Shown: piece by piece, positions 9,149 to 21,503 of the stretch
Layout: each line of letters starts with the position of its first letter
How positions within the stretch are numbered: the first letter of the stretch is position 1
NCBI RefSeq assembly: GCF_039541115.1
Contig: NZ_BAABFP010000007.1
Coordinates: 496,001 to 560,000 of the forward strand
Length of the DNA stretch: 64,000 nt
Origin: Angustibacter luteus
Lineage (GTDB): Bacteria > Actinomycetota > Actinomycetes > Actinomycetales > Angustibacteraceae
Reading direction: 5' to 3'
Program-made: the position numbers and the translations under genes
Notes under the pieces: generated by a model
What the model was told of the DNA's origin: nothing
The model's input: the letters and a program-made list of their open reading frames with translations, nothing else
Database searches by the model: none

Positions 9149-10126
9149 TCACGCGCCGAGCAGGGCGGCGTAGCTCGTGAGCCGGGTCTCGACCTCGAAC
9201 CCGGCGCGCTGGTAGACGGCCAGGGCGCCCGTCGGGTTCTGCGAGTCCACGTGCAGCGAGGACTCGTCGTACCCGGCTTCCTGGTAGGCCCGCAGCGCGT
9301 GGCTGAGCAGCCCCGAAGCCAGCCCGCGCCCCCGGTGCCCGCGCACGGTGCCGAGCTTGCTGACGTACGCCTCCCGCCGTCCGGTCGCGGCCTGGTACCC
9401 CTCGTACTCGTCGGTCTGCAGGTACGCCGCGATCGTGTCCGTCCCGGCCGGCACGGCCACGAACGACAGGTCGGGCCGGAAGGCCTTCGACCCCGTGACG
9501 AACTGGTGCCAGAGGGCGGCTGACCACGGGGTGAAGTCCGGGTGGTCCAGGAACGCGGAGTTGTGCGCCGCCAGCACGGGCTGGTCCATGGACGCCTCGT
9601 AGGGCCGCAGATCGTAGCCGGCCACCGAGGGGCCGTCGCCGTCCGCCGACGGCACCTGGTCGAGCCGGACCCGCATCGCGAACTCCCACCGCTCGGGGCG
9701 CAGGCCGAACGTCTCGAACAGCTCCGCCTGCGCGGTGTTCGCGGACAGGCCGGTGACGATGACCCGGACCGGCAGGTCCGGGCGCCGCTCGCGCGCCGCC
9801 TCGACGGCACGGTCCAGCATCGCGGTGACCAGCGCGGTGCCGATGCCGCGACCGCGGGCATCCGGGCGGACGGCGCCCTCGACCTGCACCTTGAACGTGC
9901 TGCCGGTCTCGCCCCGGGGCAGCACGGAGAAGTAGCCCAGGAGCTCGCCTCCGGCGCGGGCGCCCACGAAGTCCTTGCCGACCTCGACCTCCGGGTTGGC
10001 GAGCTCCTCCTGCAGGTCGCCCTCGTCGTAGTGGTCGCCGGTGCGGTCGACGGCCTCGATCGCGGTCAGCAGCTCGGCCCAGGCCGGCACGTCGGCGCTG
10101 GTCAGCGGGTGCAGGGTGAGATCCAC
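9149..10126 (-). CDS. Tandem-domain GNAT acetyltransferase
   Basis: Two AcCoA motifs (VRPDARGRGIG, VRGHRGRGLA) and NPTGALAVYQRAGF. Confidence 0.88.
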   Translation of the reverse strand: MDLTLHPLTSADVPAWAELLTAIEAVDRTGDHYDEGDLQEELANPEVEVGKDFVGARAGGELLGYFSVLPRGETGSTFKVQVEGAVRPDARGRGIGTALVTAMLDRAVEAARERRPDLPVRVIVTGLSANTAQAELFETFGLRPERWEFAMRVRLDQVPSADGDGPSVAGYDLRPYEASMDQPVLAAHNSAFLDHPDFTPWSAALWHQFVTGSKAFRPDLSFVAVPAGTDTIAAYLQTDEYEGYQAATGRREAYVSKLGTVRGHRGRGLASGLLSHALRAYQEAGYDESSLHVDSQNPTGALAVYQRAGFEVETRLTSYAALLGA

Positions 10127-10276
10127 GCCTGGCAGCGTAGGAGGCGCTGCCGGGCGGCGTCGCGGTGTTTTCGTCCCCACGGACGCCGGATGGCGACCGC
10201 TGCGGGGCCAGCGTGGGAGACTGGGCCGTCGTCCGCGACGTGATCCATGACCCCGACCAGATGAGGTCCACCGCTC

Positions 10277-12130
10277 GTGTCACCCATGGCCCGCTCCGCG
10301 CTGCCGCCCGCCGCGACGCCGCCGGACCTGATCCGAAACTTCTGCATCATCGCGCACATCGACCACGGCAAGTCGACGCTGGCCGACCGGATGCTGCAGA
10401 TCACCGGCGTCGTCGACCCGAGGGCGATGCGCGCCCAGTACCTGGACCGGATGGACATCGAGCGTGAGCGCGGCATCACCATCAAGAGCCAGGCGGTGCG
10501 GATGCCGTGGGAGCTCGACGGCACGACGTTCGCGCTGAACATGATCGACACGCCGGGGCACGTCGACTTCACCTACGAGGTGTCGCGCTCGCTGGCCGCC
10601 TGCGAGGGCGCCGTGCTCCTGGTGGACGCCGCGCAGGGCATCGAGGCGCAGACGCTGGCCAACCTGTACCTGGCGATGGAGAACGACCTCACGATCATCC
10701 CGGTGCTGAACAAGATCGACCTGCCGGCGGCGCAGCCCGAGAAGTACGCCGCCGAGCTCGCCCACCTGGTGGGCGGCGAGCCCGAGGACGTGCTGCTCGT
10801 CTCCGGCAAGACCGGCGTGGGCGTCGAGCCGCTGCTCGACACGATCACCCGCCGGCTGCCGGCCCCCACCGGGGACCCGGACGGACCGGCCCGGGCGATG
10901 ATCTTCGACTCCGTGTACGACACCTACCGCGGCGTCGTCACGTACGTCCGCGTCATCGACGGCCACCTCAGCCCGCGCGAGCGCATCGTGATGATGTCGA
11001 CGAAGGCGCACCACGAGCTGCTCGAGATCGGCGTCAGCTCGCCCGAGCCCGAGCCCACCAAGGGTCTGGGCGTCGGCGAAGTCGGCTACCTCATCACCGG
11101 GGTGAAGGACGTCCGCCAGTCCAAGGTCGGCGACACCGTCACCAACGCCGGAAAGCCGGCGAAGACCGCGCTCGCCGGGTACAGCGACCCGAAGCCGATG
11201 GTGTTCAGCGGCCTGTACCCGATCGACGGCTCGGACTACCCGATCCTGCGCGACGCCCTCGACCGGCTGAAGCTGAACGACGCCGCCCTCGTCTACGAGC
11301 CCGAGACGTCCGCGGCGCTCGGCTTCGGCTTCCGGGTGGGCTTCCTGGGCCTGCTCCACCTGGAGATCATCCGCGAGCGGCTCGAGCGCGAGTTCGACCT
11401 GGACCTCATCTCCACGCTGCCCAGCGCCGTCTACGACGTGACGATGGACGACGGCACCCAGATCAACGTGACCAACCCGTCCGAGTACCCGGTCGGCAAG
11501 ATCCGTGAGGTGCGCGAGCCCGTCGTGCGGGCGACGATCCTGTCGCCGTCCGACTACGTGGGCACGATCATGGAGCTCTGCCAGGCCCGGCGCGGCACCC
11601 TGCGCGGCATGGACTACCTGTCCGAGGACCGCGTCGAGATGCGCTACACGTTGCCGCTCGCCGAGATCGTGTTCGACTTCTTCGACATGCTGAAGTCACG
11701 CACCCGCGGCTACGCCTCGCTGGACTACGAGCCGGACGGCGACCAGGTGTCCGACCTGGTGAAGGTCGACATCCTGCTGCAGGGCGAGCAGGTCGACGCG
11801 TTCAGCACGATCGTCCACCAGGACAAGGCCTACGCGTACGGCGTGATGATGGCCGGCAAGCTGCGCGAGCTCATCCCGCGCCAGCAGTTCGAGGTGCCGA
11901 TCCAGGCCGCCATCGGCTCGCGCATCATCGCCCGCGAGACCATCCGCGCCATCCGCAAGGACGTCCTGGCCAAGTGCTACGGGGGTGACATCACCCGCAA
12001 GCGCAAGCTGCTGGAGAAGCAGAAGGAAGGCAAGAAGCGGATGAAGATGGTCGGCCGGGTGGAGGTGCCGCAGGAGGCCTTCATCGCCGCGCTGTCCAAC
12101 GAGGCCGTCCCGGACAAGGCCAAGAAGTAG
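10277..12130 (+). CDS. lepA: Translation elongation factor 4
   Basis: [49 protein letters not shown]. Confidence 0.99.
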   Translation: MSPMARSALPPAATPPDLIRNFCIIAHIDHGKSTLADRMLQITGVVDPRAMRAQYLDRMDIERERGITIKSQAVRMPWELDGTTFALNMIDTPGHVDFTYEVSRSLAACEGAVLLVDAAQGIEAQTLANLYLAMENDLTIIPVLNKIDLPAAQPEKYAAELAHLVGGEPEDVLLVSGKTGVGVEPLLDTITRRLPAPTGDPDGPARAMIFDSVYDTYRGVVTYVRVIDGHLSPRERIVMMSTKAHHELLEIGVSSPEPEPTKGLGVGEVGYLITGVKDVRQSKVGDTVTNAGKPAKTALAGYSDPKPMVFSGLYPIDGSDYPILRDALDRLKLNDAALVYEPETSAALGFGFRVGFLGLLHLEIIRERLEREFDLDLISTLPSAVYDVTMDDGTQINVTNPSEYPVGKIREVREPVVRATILSPSDYVGTIMELCQARRGTLRGMDYLSEDRVEMRYTLPLAEIVFDFFDMLKSRTRGYASLDYEPDGDQVSDLVKVDILLQGEQVDAFSTIVHQDKAYAYGVMMAGKLRELIPRQQFEVPIQAAIGSRIIARETIRAIRKDVLAKCYGGDITRKRKLLEKQKEGKKRMKMVGRVEVPQEAFIAALSNEAVPDKAKK

Positions 12131-12249
12131 CCGCCGTCCCGGACGAGCGGCGGGATCCACCGTCCCTCGATCGTTGACACCGAACGGGCGCGCGATCAGG
12201 CTCGGATCACGCCGGATGCTGACGCCGGCTGCGCTCTGAGGGAGCAACC

Positions 12250-14646
12250 GTGGCCGCGTCCGACACCGCCGGCAGTTCCAAGACCGTCACCGAGCTGCGC
12301 CTGGCGCTGGTCTGCTACGGCGGCGTCTCGTTGGCCATCTACATGCACGGGGTGGCCAAGGAGCTGCACAAGCTCGTGGTGGCTTCGCGTCGCTTCGACG
12401 AGCTCGGTCCGCAGGGCGACAACCCGTTCGACGAGCGCGTCGACTCCGAGCACGCCTACTTCGAGGCGCTGCGCGACCTGGCCGGCGAGGGACGCGTGCT
12501 GTCGGTCAACGTCGACATCATCGCCGGCACCTCCGCCGGAGGGATCAACGGTGTCTGCCTGGCAAAGGTGTTGGCGCGCAACGGGTCCCAGGACGCGCTG
12601 AAGCGGCTCTGGATCGACGAGGGCGACCTGAAGAAGCTGCTCAAGGCGCCGCCGCTGCTCGGCTGGCGCACCCGCGCGGCCCTCGCCGTCGGCGGCCTGC
12701 TGCCGCGGCTGCGCAAGCCGGTGTCCCCGCTGCGCGGCGACCGGATGTCGCGACTGCTGTACGACGCGATCGCGGACATGGAGAAGCCGGTGGACGCCGA
12801 CCGTCGCACCCTGCTGCAGCCGACGACTCCGCTGGACCTGTTCGTCACGACCACCGACCTGGCGGGGTTCCGCACGCTGGTGCCCACCGGCGCCGGCGGC
12901 GCGAGCCAGCGCGAGACGGACCACTCCCAGGTCGTCCAGCTGCGCACCGACGGCCAGGACGACACGTTCGGGGCGGACAGCGTCGGCACCCTCGCCTTCG
13001 CGGCCCGGGCGACGTCGTCCTTCCCCGGCGCCTTCCCGCCGGTGAGCCTGAACAGCTTCAAGACCGAGCTGGCCGGTCGGGCGCTGGACGGCGAGCAGGT
13101 GGCACTGAAGTTCCGCCGCCGGTACGGCGACCCCGGGCAGTCGCTGGACGCCTGGTTCGTCGACGGGGGAGTGCTCGACAACGCGCCGTTCGACCTCGTC
13201 GTCGAGGCGATCAGCCAGAAGCGTGCGGAGACCGAGGTGGTGCGCCGGCTGGTCTACATCCAGCCCGACCCCGGTCGCGCGATCGACACCACCGTGCCCG
13301 GCCCGCTGGCGGCCGAGCCGGCGCCCGGCTACCTGTCGGGTCTGCTGAAGAGCGTCGGCTCCGTCCGCGGCAGCCACTCGATCCTGCGCGAGCTCGAGAC
13401 CCTGCGGGACCTGAACACCCGCATCGCCGAGCTGGCCGCCATCGCCGAGCAGCAGTCGGCGCAGGTGGACGCGGCGATCGAGGCGGCCTGGGCGTCGGCC
13501 CCCTCGGGCTCGTCGGCCCAGGCGGGCCAGGCGTGGGACATCAACGACCAGCAGGACGTGCAGACCCTGGCCGCGAGCCTGTACGCCGCGGCACCGGCCT
13601 TCGTCGGGGCCGGCTTCGCCACCTACTGCCGGCTGAAGGTCGAGGTGGCCGGCGTGCGGCTCGCCGACGAGGTGGTCGAGCGGTTCGTCTACCCGCCGGG
13701 GTCGAGCCGGGCCAGCTTCGTCCGCGCCGCCATCTCGGCGTGGGCCCGCGGGCACGTCGAGTGGCGCGAGGTCGACCAGAGCCGGTTGCTCGAGCTGCTC
13801 GGCCCGGTCGACGTCCCCTACCGAGAGCGCCGGCTGATGTTCATCCTGTCCGGCATCAACGCCCTCTACGCCACGACCGACACGGCGACCGGTCCGCCGC
13901 GCGCCGACCTGGACGCACTGAAGACGAGGGCCTGGCAGCTGCTGGAGGAGTTGCGGGCGGCGCCGCGGGAGGCGGTGCACGCGGTGCCGGACTCGGCAGT
14001 GACCTTCCTCGGCGCCGACCTGACCGACGACCACGTGTTCGGCAACCCCGAGGGCTTCGCCGCCGACCACGACGCGGAGTTCACCACTCTGTTCTCCACC
14101 TACCGGGCCAGCCTGCAGGAGCAGCTGGAGGACAGCACGGCGCCCATCTGGCAAGGCTTCGTGCAGCACACCGCCGCCTGGGCGTCCGACGATCGGCGAG
14201 GCCTGCTCTCGCGGTACCTGGGCTTCCCGCTGTGGGACGCGCTGATCTTCCCGACCGTGGCGCTGGCGCAGCTGCCGCAGTTCAGCCCGATCACGGTGAG
14301 CCAGTTCAGCCCGCTGGCCGCCATGGCGTTGCCGACTCCGGACGGTGGCAAGCTCAAGGGGGTCTCGCTGCACCACTTCGGCGGGTTCGCGGACGCTTCC
14401 TGGCGGGAGAACGACTACCTGTGGGGGCGCCTGGACTCTGCGGAGCTGCTGCTGCGGACGCTGCGGTCCAGCGCTCCCGGTCAGTCCCCACCGACCCCGC
14501 GGGACGCCGCCGACGCCGCCGGGCTGGCCGGGCCACGGCTGCGCTCGGCCCTGACCGCGATCCTGGCGGCCGAGTCCGACCTCGTCCGGGATCGGGCGCT
14601 GCTGCCGACCCTGCAGGCGGCCGTCGGCACGCTGCCGTCGACGTAG
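12250..14646 (+). CDS. Patatin-like protein with DUF3376-type C-terminus
   Basis: YGGVSLAIY, GTSAG nucleophile elbow, VDGGVLDNAPF, HHFGGF...RENDYLWGRLD. Confidence 0.88.
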   Translation: MAASDTAGSSKTVTELRLALVCYGGVSLAIYMHGVAKELHKLVVASRRFDELGPQGDNPFDERVDSEHAYFEALRDLAGEGRVLSVNVDIIAGTSAGGINGVCLAKVLARNGSQDALKRLWIDEGDLKKLLKAPPLLGWRTRAALAVGGLLPRLRKPVSPLRGDRMSRLLYDAIADMEKPVDADRRTLLQPTTPLDLFVTTTDLAGFRTLVPTGAGGASQRETDHSQVVQLRTDGQDDTFGADSVGTLAFAARATSSFPGAFPPVSLNSFKTELAGRALDGEQVALKFRRRYGDPGQSLDAWFVDGGVLDNAPFDLVVEAISQKRAETEVVRRLVYIQPDPGRAIDTTVPGPLAAEPAPGYLSGLLKSVGSVRGSHSILRELETLRDLNTRIAELAAIAEQQSAQVDAAIEAAWASAPSGSSAQAGQAWDINDQQDVQTLAASLYAAAPAFVGAGFATYCRLKVEVAGVRLADEVVERFVYPPGSSRASFVRAAISAWARGHVEWREVDQSRLLELLGPVDVPYRERRLMFILSGINALYATTDTATGPPRADLDALKTRAWQLLEELRAAPREAVHAVPDSAVTFLGADLTDDHVFGNPEGFAADHDAEFTTLFSTYRASLQEQLEDSTAPIWQGFVQHTAAWASDDRRGLLSRYLGFPLWDALIFPTVALAQLPQFSPITVSQFSPLAAMALPTPDGGKLKGVSLHHFGGFADASWRENDYLWGRLDSAELLLRTLRSSAPGQSPPTPRDAADAAGLAGPRLRSALTAILAAESDLVRDRALLPTLQAAVGTLPST

Positions 14647-14668
14647 CTTCACGCCCACTTTGGTCGTG

Positions 14669-14730
14669 TGACACCACCAGGGCACGACAAGCGCTTGACA
14701 TGACACCATTGTGGTGTCACTTTAGTGTCA
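14669..14730 (+). promoter_or_regulatory. Operator array (TGACACCA-N3-TGGTGTCA plus extra half-sites) over a TTGACA-N17-CACTTT leaderless promoter
   Basis: Palindrome 14701-14719; half-sites 14669-14676 and 14723-14730; -35 at 14695-14700. Confidence 0.75.
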
Positions 14731-15218
14731 TGGAACTCGGACAGTACGTCAGCGACCTGCAGCGCCAGCTCGTGCACTCGGCGGAGAACGGCTCGGACGA
14801 CGCGCGTGCCGTTGCCGAGCGACTGGCCGCCGGGTTGGATGCCGCGACGCGGCTCGTGCTGCTCGACGTGCTCTCGGCCGCGGTCGGTGAGATCACCCGC
14901 GACCTTGCACCGGGTTCGGTCGACCTGCGCCTGCGCGGCCGCGACGTCGAGTTCGTCATCAGCCAGCCGAACGCGGAGGCGGACGTGGACGACCGGCCGC
15001 CAGCCTCGGTCGACCTCGACGACACCAGCACCTCGCGCACGACGCTCCGCCTGCCGGACGCCCTCAAGGCCCAGGTCGACGAGGCAGCGACCGCCGACGG
15101 TCTGTCGGTCAACACCTGGCTGGTCCGCGCCGTCGCCGCGGCCCTGCAGCCCAAGCAGCGACGCACGGCGCAGCGCGTGCTGCGCACCGGGGACAACTTC
15201 GCCGGCTGGGCGCGCTAG
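14730..15218 (+). CDS. Ribbon-helix-helix regulator (HicB-like C-terminal domain)
   Basis: SRTTLRLPDALKAQVDEAATADGLSVNTWLVRAV. Confidence 0.8.
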   Translation: MELGQYVSDLQRQLVHSAENGSDDARAVAERLAAGLDAATRLVLLDVLSAAVGEITRDLAPGSVDLRLRGRDVEFVISQPNAEADVDDRPPASVDLDDTSTSRTTLRLPDALKAQVDEAATADGLSVNTWLVRAVAAALQPKQRRTAQRVLRTGDNFAGWAR

Positions 15219-15297
15219 CCCCGGGTCAGCCCCACACCACCAGCCACGCGAACCCGCGGGGCCGGACGAACACACCCACAGAGAGGCAGGCGTCAGC

Positions 15298-16176
15298 ATG
15301 CCCACCTACAGCACCACCACCCCGATCGACGTCGCCATCGACCTCCAGGTCGGGGCCATCGAGGTCGTCGCCAGCGACCGCGCGGACACGGTCGTGACCG
15401 TCTCGCCCACCAACCCGGCGAAGGCGGTCGACCGCCGCGGCGCGGAGGCCACCGACGTCGAGTTCGACGGCCAGCGCCTCACCATCCGGGGGCCGCGGCC
15501 ACGCTTCTCGTGGCTCGGCCCCAACGAGTCCATCGACCTCACGATCGAGGTCCCGGCCGGTTCACGGCTCACTGCCGAGGTCGCGGTCGGCGCAGTGCGC
15601 ACCGTCGGACGCCTCGGCGCCACCCGCATCAAGAGCTCGATGGGCCCCGTGGAGCTCGACACCACCGGCGACCTGTGGCTGCGCGCCTCGCACGGCAACA
15701 CGCGTCTGGGCACTGCCGAGGGCGGCGTCGAGATCACGGCGTCGCACGGTCAGATCCGGCTCGGGACCGTCTCCGGTGACGCAGTTCTCAAGGCGTCGCA
15801 CGGCACCATCCAGGTCGAGGAGTCCGGCGGCGACCTCGACGCGAAGCTCTCGTACGGCGACCTCGAGATCACGAGGGCCCTGGCCTCCGTCACGGCGAAG
15901 ACCGCGTACGGCGCCATCCGGCTGCACGAGGTCTCGAGCGGGTCCATCGAGGTCGAGAGCGGTTTCGGCGCGGTCGACATCGGCGTCCGGCCCGGCGTCC
16001 CGGCGTGGCTCGACCTGGCCTCCAAGGACGGGCACGTGCGCAACCAGCTCGCCGGCGACAGTGCTCCCGGCGCGTCCGAGCAGACCGTCTCGGTGCGGGC
16101 GCGCACCCAGTTCGGCGACATCACCGTCGACCGCGCCGGCACCACCGACAGCTCCAGAAAGGATCGGCAGCGATGA
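15298..16176 (+). CDS. DUF4097 beta-strand repeat protein
   Basis: Repeated x(A/L/T)(S/A)(H/Y)G beta turns; no signal peptide; ends RARTQFGDITV. Confidence 0.82.
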   Translation: MPTYSTTTPIDVAIDLQVGAIEVVASDRADTVVTVSPTNPAKAVDRRGAEATDVEFDGQRLTIRGPRPRFSWLGPNESIDLTIEVPAGSRLTAEVAVGAVRTVGRLGATRIKSSMGPVELDTTGDLWLRASHGNTRLGTAEGGVEITASHGQIRLGTVSGDAVLKASHGTIQVEESGGDLDAKLSYGDLEITRALASVTAKTAYGAIRLHEVSSGSIEVESGFGAVDIGVRPGVPAWLDLASKDGHVRNQLAGDSAPGASEQTVSVRARTQFGDITVDRAGTTDSSRKDRQR

Positions 16177-17117
16177 CCAGCACAGCGATCGACGTCCGCG
16201 GGTTGCGGAAGTCCTACGGCGACAAGATCGTGCTCGACGACGTCGACCTCACCGTGCCCGCGGGCACCGTCACCGCGCTGCTCGGGCCGAACGGCGCGGG
16301 CAAGACGACGACCGTGCACATCCTCAGCACGCTCGTGCGCCCCGACGCCGGGACCGCCACGGTCAACGGGTGCGACGTCGTCCGTGACCCGGACGGCGTG
16401 CGCGCGGTGATCGGCCTGACCGGCCAGTTCTCCGCGGTCGACGGCCTGCTCACCGGTGAGGAGAACCTGCTGCTGATGGCCCGCCTGCGCCACCTCGGCG
16501 CGAGGCGGTCGAAGGCGCGGGTGGCCGAGCTGCTCGAGCAGTTCGACCTCGTCGAGGCCGCGCGCCGGCCGCTCGCCACCTACTCCGGCGGGATGCGCCG
16601 TCGGCTCGACCTCGCGATGACCCTCGTCGCGACCCCGAGCGTCATCTTCCTCGACGAGCCCACCACGGGCTTGGACCCGCGGAGCCGGCACACGATGTGG
16701 GACATCGTGCGCGGCCTCGTCGCGGACGGGACGAGCGTCCTGCTGACCACGCAGTACCTGGACGAGGCGGACGAGCTCGCGGACCGTGTCGCCGTCCTGG
16801 ACGGCGGCCGCATCGTCGCCGAGGGGACCCCGGACGAGCTCAAGCGCCTCGTGCCCGGCGGGCACATCAGGCTCCGGTTCGCCGACGCGGCCGGCCTCGA
16901 CGCTGCCGCCCACCTGCTCGACGGGTCCGCGCGTGACGACGCCGGGCTCGCCCTCACCGTGCCGAGCAATGGCGGGGTGGGCGCGCTGCGCACCCTGCTG
17001 GACCGCCTCGACGCCGCCGACCTCGAGGTCGACGACCTCAGTATCCACACCCCGGACCTCGACGACGTGTTCTTCGCGCTCACCGGCGGGGTCGACCAGA
17101 AGGGAACCTCGTCATGA
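16173..17117 (+). CDS. ABC transporter ATP-binding protein, DrrA-like
   Basis: GPNGAGKTT, YSGGMRRRLDLA, FLDEPTTGLDP, LTTQYLDEAD. Confidence 0.93.
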   Translation: MTSTAIDVRGLRKSYGDKIVLDDVDLTVPAGTVTALLGPNGAGKTTTVHILSTLVRPDAGTATVNGCDVVRDPDGVRAVIGLTGQFSAVDGLLTGEENLLLMARLRHLGARRSKARVAELLEQFDLVEAARRPLATYSGGMRRRLDLAMTLVATPSVIFLDEPTTGLDPRSRHTMWDIVRGLVADGTSVLLTTQYLDEADELADRVAVLDGGRIVAEGTPDELKRLVPGGHIRLRFADAAGLDAAAHLLDGSARDDAGLALTVPSNGGVGALRTLLDRLDAADLEVDDLSIHTPDLDDVFFALTGGVDQKGTSS

Positions 17118-17950
17118 CCACCATCACCACCCAGCGCGCGACCGCCGCGCGCACCGGCCGCCCGTCGCACGTGGTCGCCGACGCCGTCACGATGCTGCGG
17201 CGCAACCTGTTGCACATCGTCCGCTACCCGGGCCTGACCGTGTTCGTCATCGGCGCGCCCGTGGTGTTCCTGCTGCTGTTCGTGTTCGTGTTCGGCGGCA
17301 CCCTCGGGGCCGGGCTGCCCGGCGTGGACCCGGGCGGCGGGCGGGCGGCGTACGTCGCGTACGTCATCCCGGGGATCCTGGCGATGACCATCGCCGGCAC
17401 CGCCGGCGGTGCCGCGACGACCGTCGCGATGGACATGACCGAGGGCATCACCGCGCGGTTCCGCACCATGGCGATCTCGCGGGCGGCGGTGCTCGCCGGG
17501 CACGTCCTCGGCAACACCATCCAGGGCATCATCGGCGTCGTCGTGGTGCTGGGCGTCGGCCTGCTCGTCGGGTTCCGCTCGACCACCGGACCGGTCCAGT
17601 GGCTCGCCGCAGCCGGCCTGGTCGTGCTCATCGCGTTCGCCATCAGCTGGCTCGCGGTCGCGATGGGGATGCAGTCGAAGACGGTCGAGACGGCGAGCAA
17701 CCTGCCCATGCTGCTGCTCCTGCTGCCCTTCCTCGGCAGCGGCTTCGTGCCGACCGACTCGATGCCGGCGGGGTTGCAGTGGTTCGCCGAGTACCAGCCG
17801 TTCACGCCCTTCGTCGAGACGCTGCGCGGGCTGCTGCTCGGCACCCCGATCGGCTCGAACGCCGTCCTCGCGATCGGGTGGTGCGTCGTCATCGCCGCCG
17901 CCGGGTACGCCTGGTCGATGGCGATCTACGAGCGGAAGTCGGTCCGCTGA
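17114..17950 (+). CDS. ABC-2 type permease, DrrB-like
   Basis: About six hydrophobic helices; GFVPTDSMP...YQPFT. Confidence 0.9.
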   Translation: MTTITTQRATAARTGRPSHVVADAVTMLRRNLLHIVRYPGLTVFVIGAPVVFLLLFVFVFGGTLGAGLPGVDPGGGRAAYVAYVIPGILAMTIAGTAGGAATTVAMDMTEGITARFRTMAISRAAVLAGHVLGNTIQGIIGVVVVLGVGLLVGFRSTTGPVQWLAAAGLVVLIAFAISWLAVAMGMQSKTVETASNLPMLLLLLPFLGSGFVPTDSMPAGLQWFAEYQPFTPFVETLRGLLLGTPIGSNAVLAIGWCVVIAAAGYAWSMAIYERKSVR

Positions 17951-17979
17951 CCCCCGCTCAGCAACCTGCGGGCCGGGCT

Positions 17980-18291
17980 CTAGCGGTGACGCAGGGTGCG
18001 TTCCAGCAGGTCGCGGACGTCGTCGGGCAGCTGCTGCTCGGCGACGACCGCGTCGAGGCCCGCCCGCTCGTGGGTCAGCCGATAGACGTACCGGTCCGGC
18101 TTCGGGGGTTCCTCGGGGAGGTCGCGCAGCAGCGGAGAGCCCAGCAGCGCCCGCCAGGCCGCAGCGTCCTCGGGATCGAGCGCATCGAGGTCGACCTGCC
18201 GGTCCACCCGCATCCCCGCGAAGCCGCCGGTGCGTTCGAGGTGCAGGCGCTCGTGCTCAGCAGGCGACTCGGGCGGGACGGAGCCGCTCAC
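17980..18291 (-). CDS. Protealysin inhibitor, emfourin-like
   Basis: ERTGGFAG...PDRYVY; directly downstream of an M4 peptidase gene. Confidence 0.85.
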   Translation of the reverse strand: MSGSVPPESPAEHERLHLERTGGFAGMRVDRQVDLDALDPEDAAAWRALLGSPLLRDLPEEPPKPDRYVYRLTHERAGLDAVVAEQQLPDDVRDLLERTLRHR

Positions 18292-19334
18292 CCCACGCCG
18301 ACCTGGGTCCAGGCACCGCGGATCGCGGTGACCTCGGCCGAGCTGGCGCCGAACCTGGCCTCCGCCGCGGTCACGGTCGCGGCGGCGAACCCGGCGAAGT
18401 CGACGTCGGACGCGAGCGAGCCACCGGTCAGCGTGTCGTACCAGACCTGCCCGGCCCGTTCCCAGGCGAAGCCGCCGATCGTCGTGGCGGCCAGGTAGAA
18501 GGCGTGGTTGGGGATGCCCGAGTTGATGTGCACGCCGCCGTTGTCCGAGCTGGTCTGCACGTAGCCAGCCATCGTCGCCGGCTGCGGGTCCTGGCCCAGG
18601 ACGTCGTCGTCGTACGCGGTGCCGGGTGCCCGCATCGAGCGCAGCGCCACCCCCTGGACCGCCGGGGTGAAGAGCCCGGCCCCGATCAACCAGTCCGCAG
18701 CGGCCGCCTCCTGACCCAGGGCGCGCTGCTTGACCAGCGAGCCGAAGACGTCGGACACGCTCTCGTTCAGCGCGCCCGGCTGGTCCTGGTACACCAGCGC
18801 GGCGGTCAGCTCGGTCACCCCGTGGGTGAGCTCGTGGCCCATGACGTCGACCGACGCCGTGAACCGGTTGAACGTCACGCCGTCACCGTCGCCGAAGACC
18901 ATGCGCTCGCCGTCCCAGAACGCGTTGTCGTACCCCTCGCCGTAGTGCACGGTGCCCTGCAGCGGCATCCCCTCGCCGTCGATCGAGTCCCGGCCGTACA
19001 CCTCGTCGTACAGCGACCAGGTCGCCCCGAGGCCGTCGTACGCCTCGTCCACCGAGACGTCGGCGGTGGCCGGCTGCCCCTCGGTGCGGACGACGTCCCC
19101 GGGCAGGTCGGTCGACCGGTGGGCGTCGCTGATGGTCCGGCGGGGCGACGGGGGCTGGGCCGGGGGACCCTGCCCGGCCGCCGTGGTCAGCTGACCGCTC
19201 GCCCGCAGGCCTCGGTACCGGACGTCGATCGCCAGCGTCTGCGTCGCCCGCAGGGCCTGGTCGGGGTCACCGTTGGTGGCGAGCTGCTCGAGCAGGTACG
19301 GCGGCACGATGCTGCACCACGACTGCGATCTCAT
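18288..19334 (-). CDS. M4 family metallopeptidase, protealysin-like
   Basis: Short propeptide IVPPYLL, NAFW, HELTH, GALNESVSD, DNGGVHINSGIPN. Confidence 0.94.
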   Translation of the reverse strand: MRSQSWCSIVPPYLLEQLATNGDPDQALRATQTLAIDVRYRGLRASGQLTTAAGQGPPAQPPSPRRTISDAHRSTDLPGDVVRTEGQPATADVSVDEAYDGLGATWSLYDEVYGRDSIDGEGMPLQGTVHYGEGYDNAFWDGERMVFGDGDGVTFNRFTASVDVMGHELTHGVTELTAALVYQDQPGALNESVSDVFGSLVKQRALGQEAAAADWLIGAGLFTPAVQGVALRSMRAPGTAYDDDVLGQDPQPATMAGYVQTSSDNGGVHINSGIPNHAFYLAATTIGGFAWERAGQVWYDTLTGGSLASDVDFAGFAAATVTAAEARFGASSAEVTAIRGAWTQVGVG

Positions 19335-19528
19335 CCCGATCGCCTCCTTTGTCCCACCATCGACCCTAGGGCCGGGCAGTGACATCCGCTATGAGGTGAG
19401 TTGATCAAGACCCTCCCGCAGACTTGACCTGTCCTTTACTGTTCTGCACATCGCAGATCGACGTCACCGCCGACGCCCGACCGGCTGGGATCGGTGACGG
19501 TCCACGTTCCCACCCGGAAGGACACCCC

Positions 19529-21457
<1,929 letters not shown>

Positions 21458-21503
21458 GCGGCTCGCCTGCGCATCGCCGGTCGGCCTGTGGTCCACTATC
21501 GCC

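Noticed and set aside
12196..14709. Long antisense and alternative-frame ORFs (also 23914-26394, 29499-31670, 57816-60167 and others)
   Set aside because: Shadow ORFs expected in high-GC DNA; Arg/Gly/Pro-rich, motif-free and overlapping well-supported genes.
14730..15218. HicAB toxin-antitoxin locus
   Set aside because: No HicA-like ORF fits on either side; the gene leads a transporter operon.
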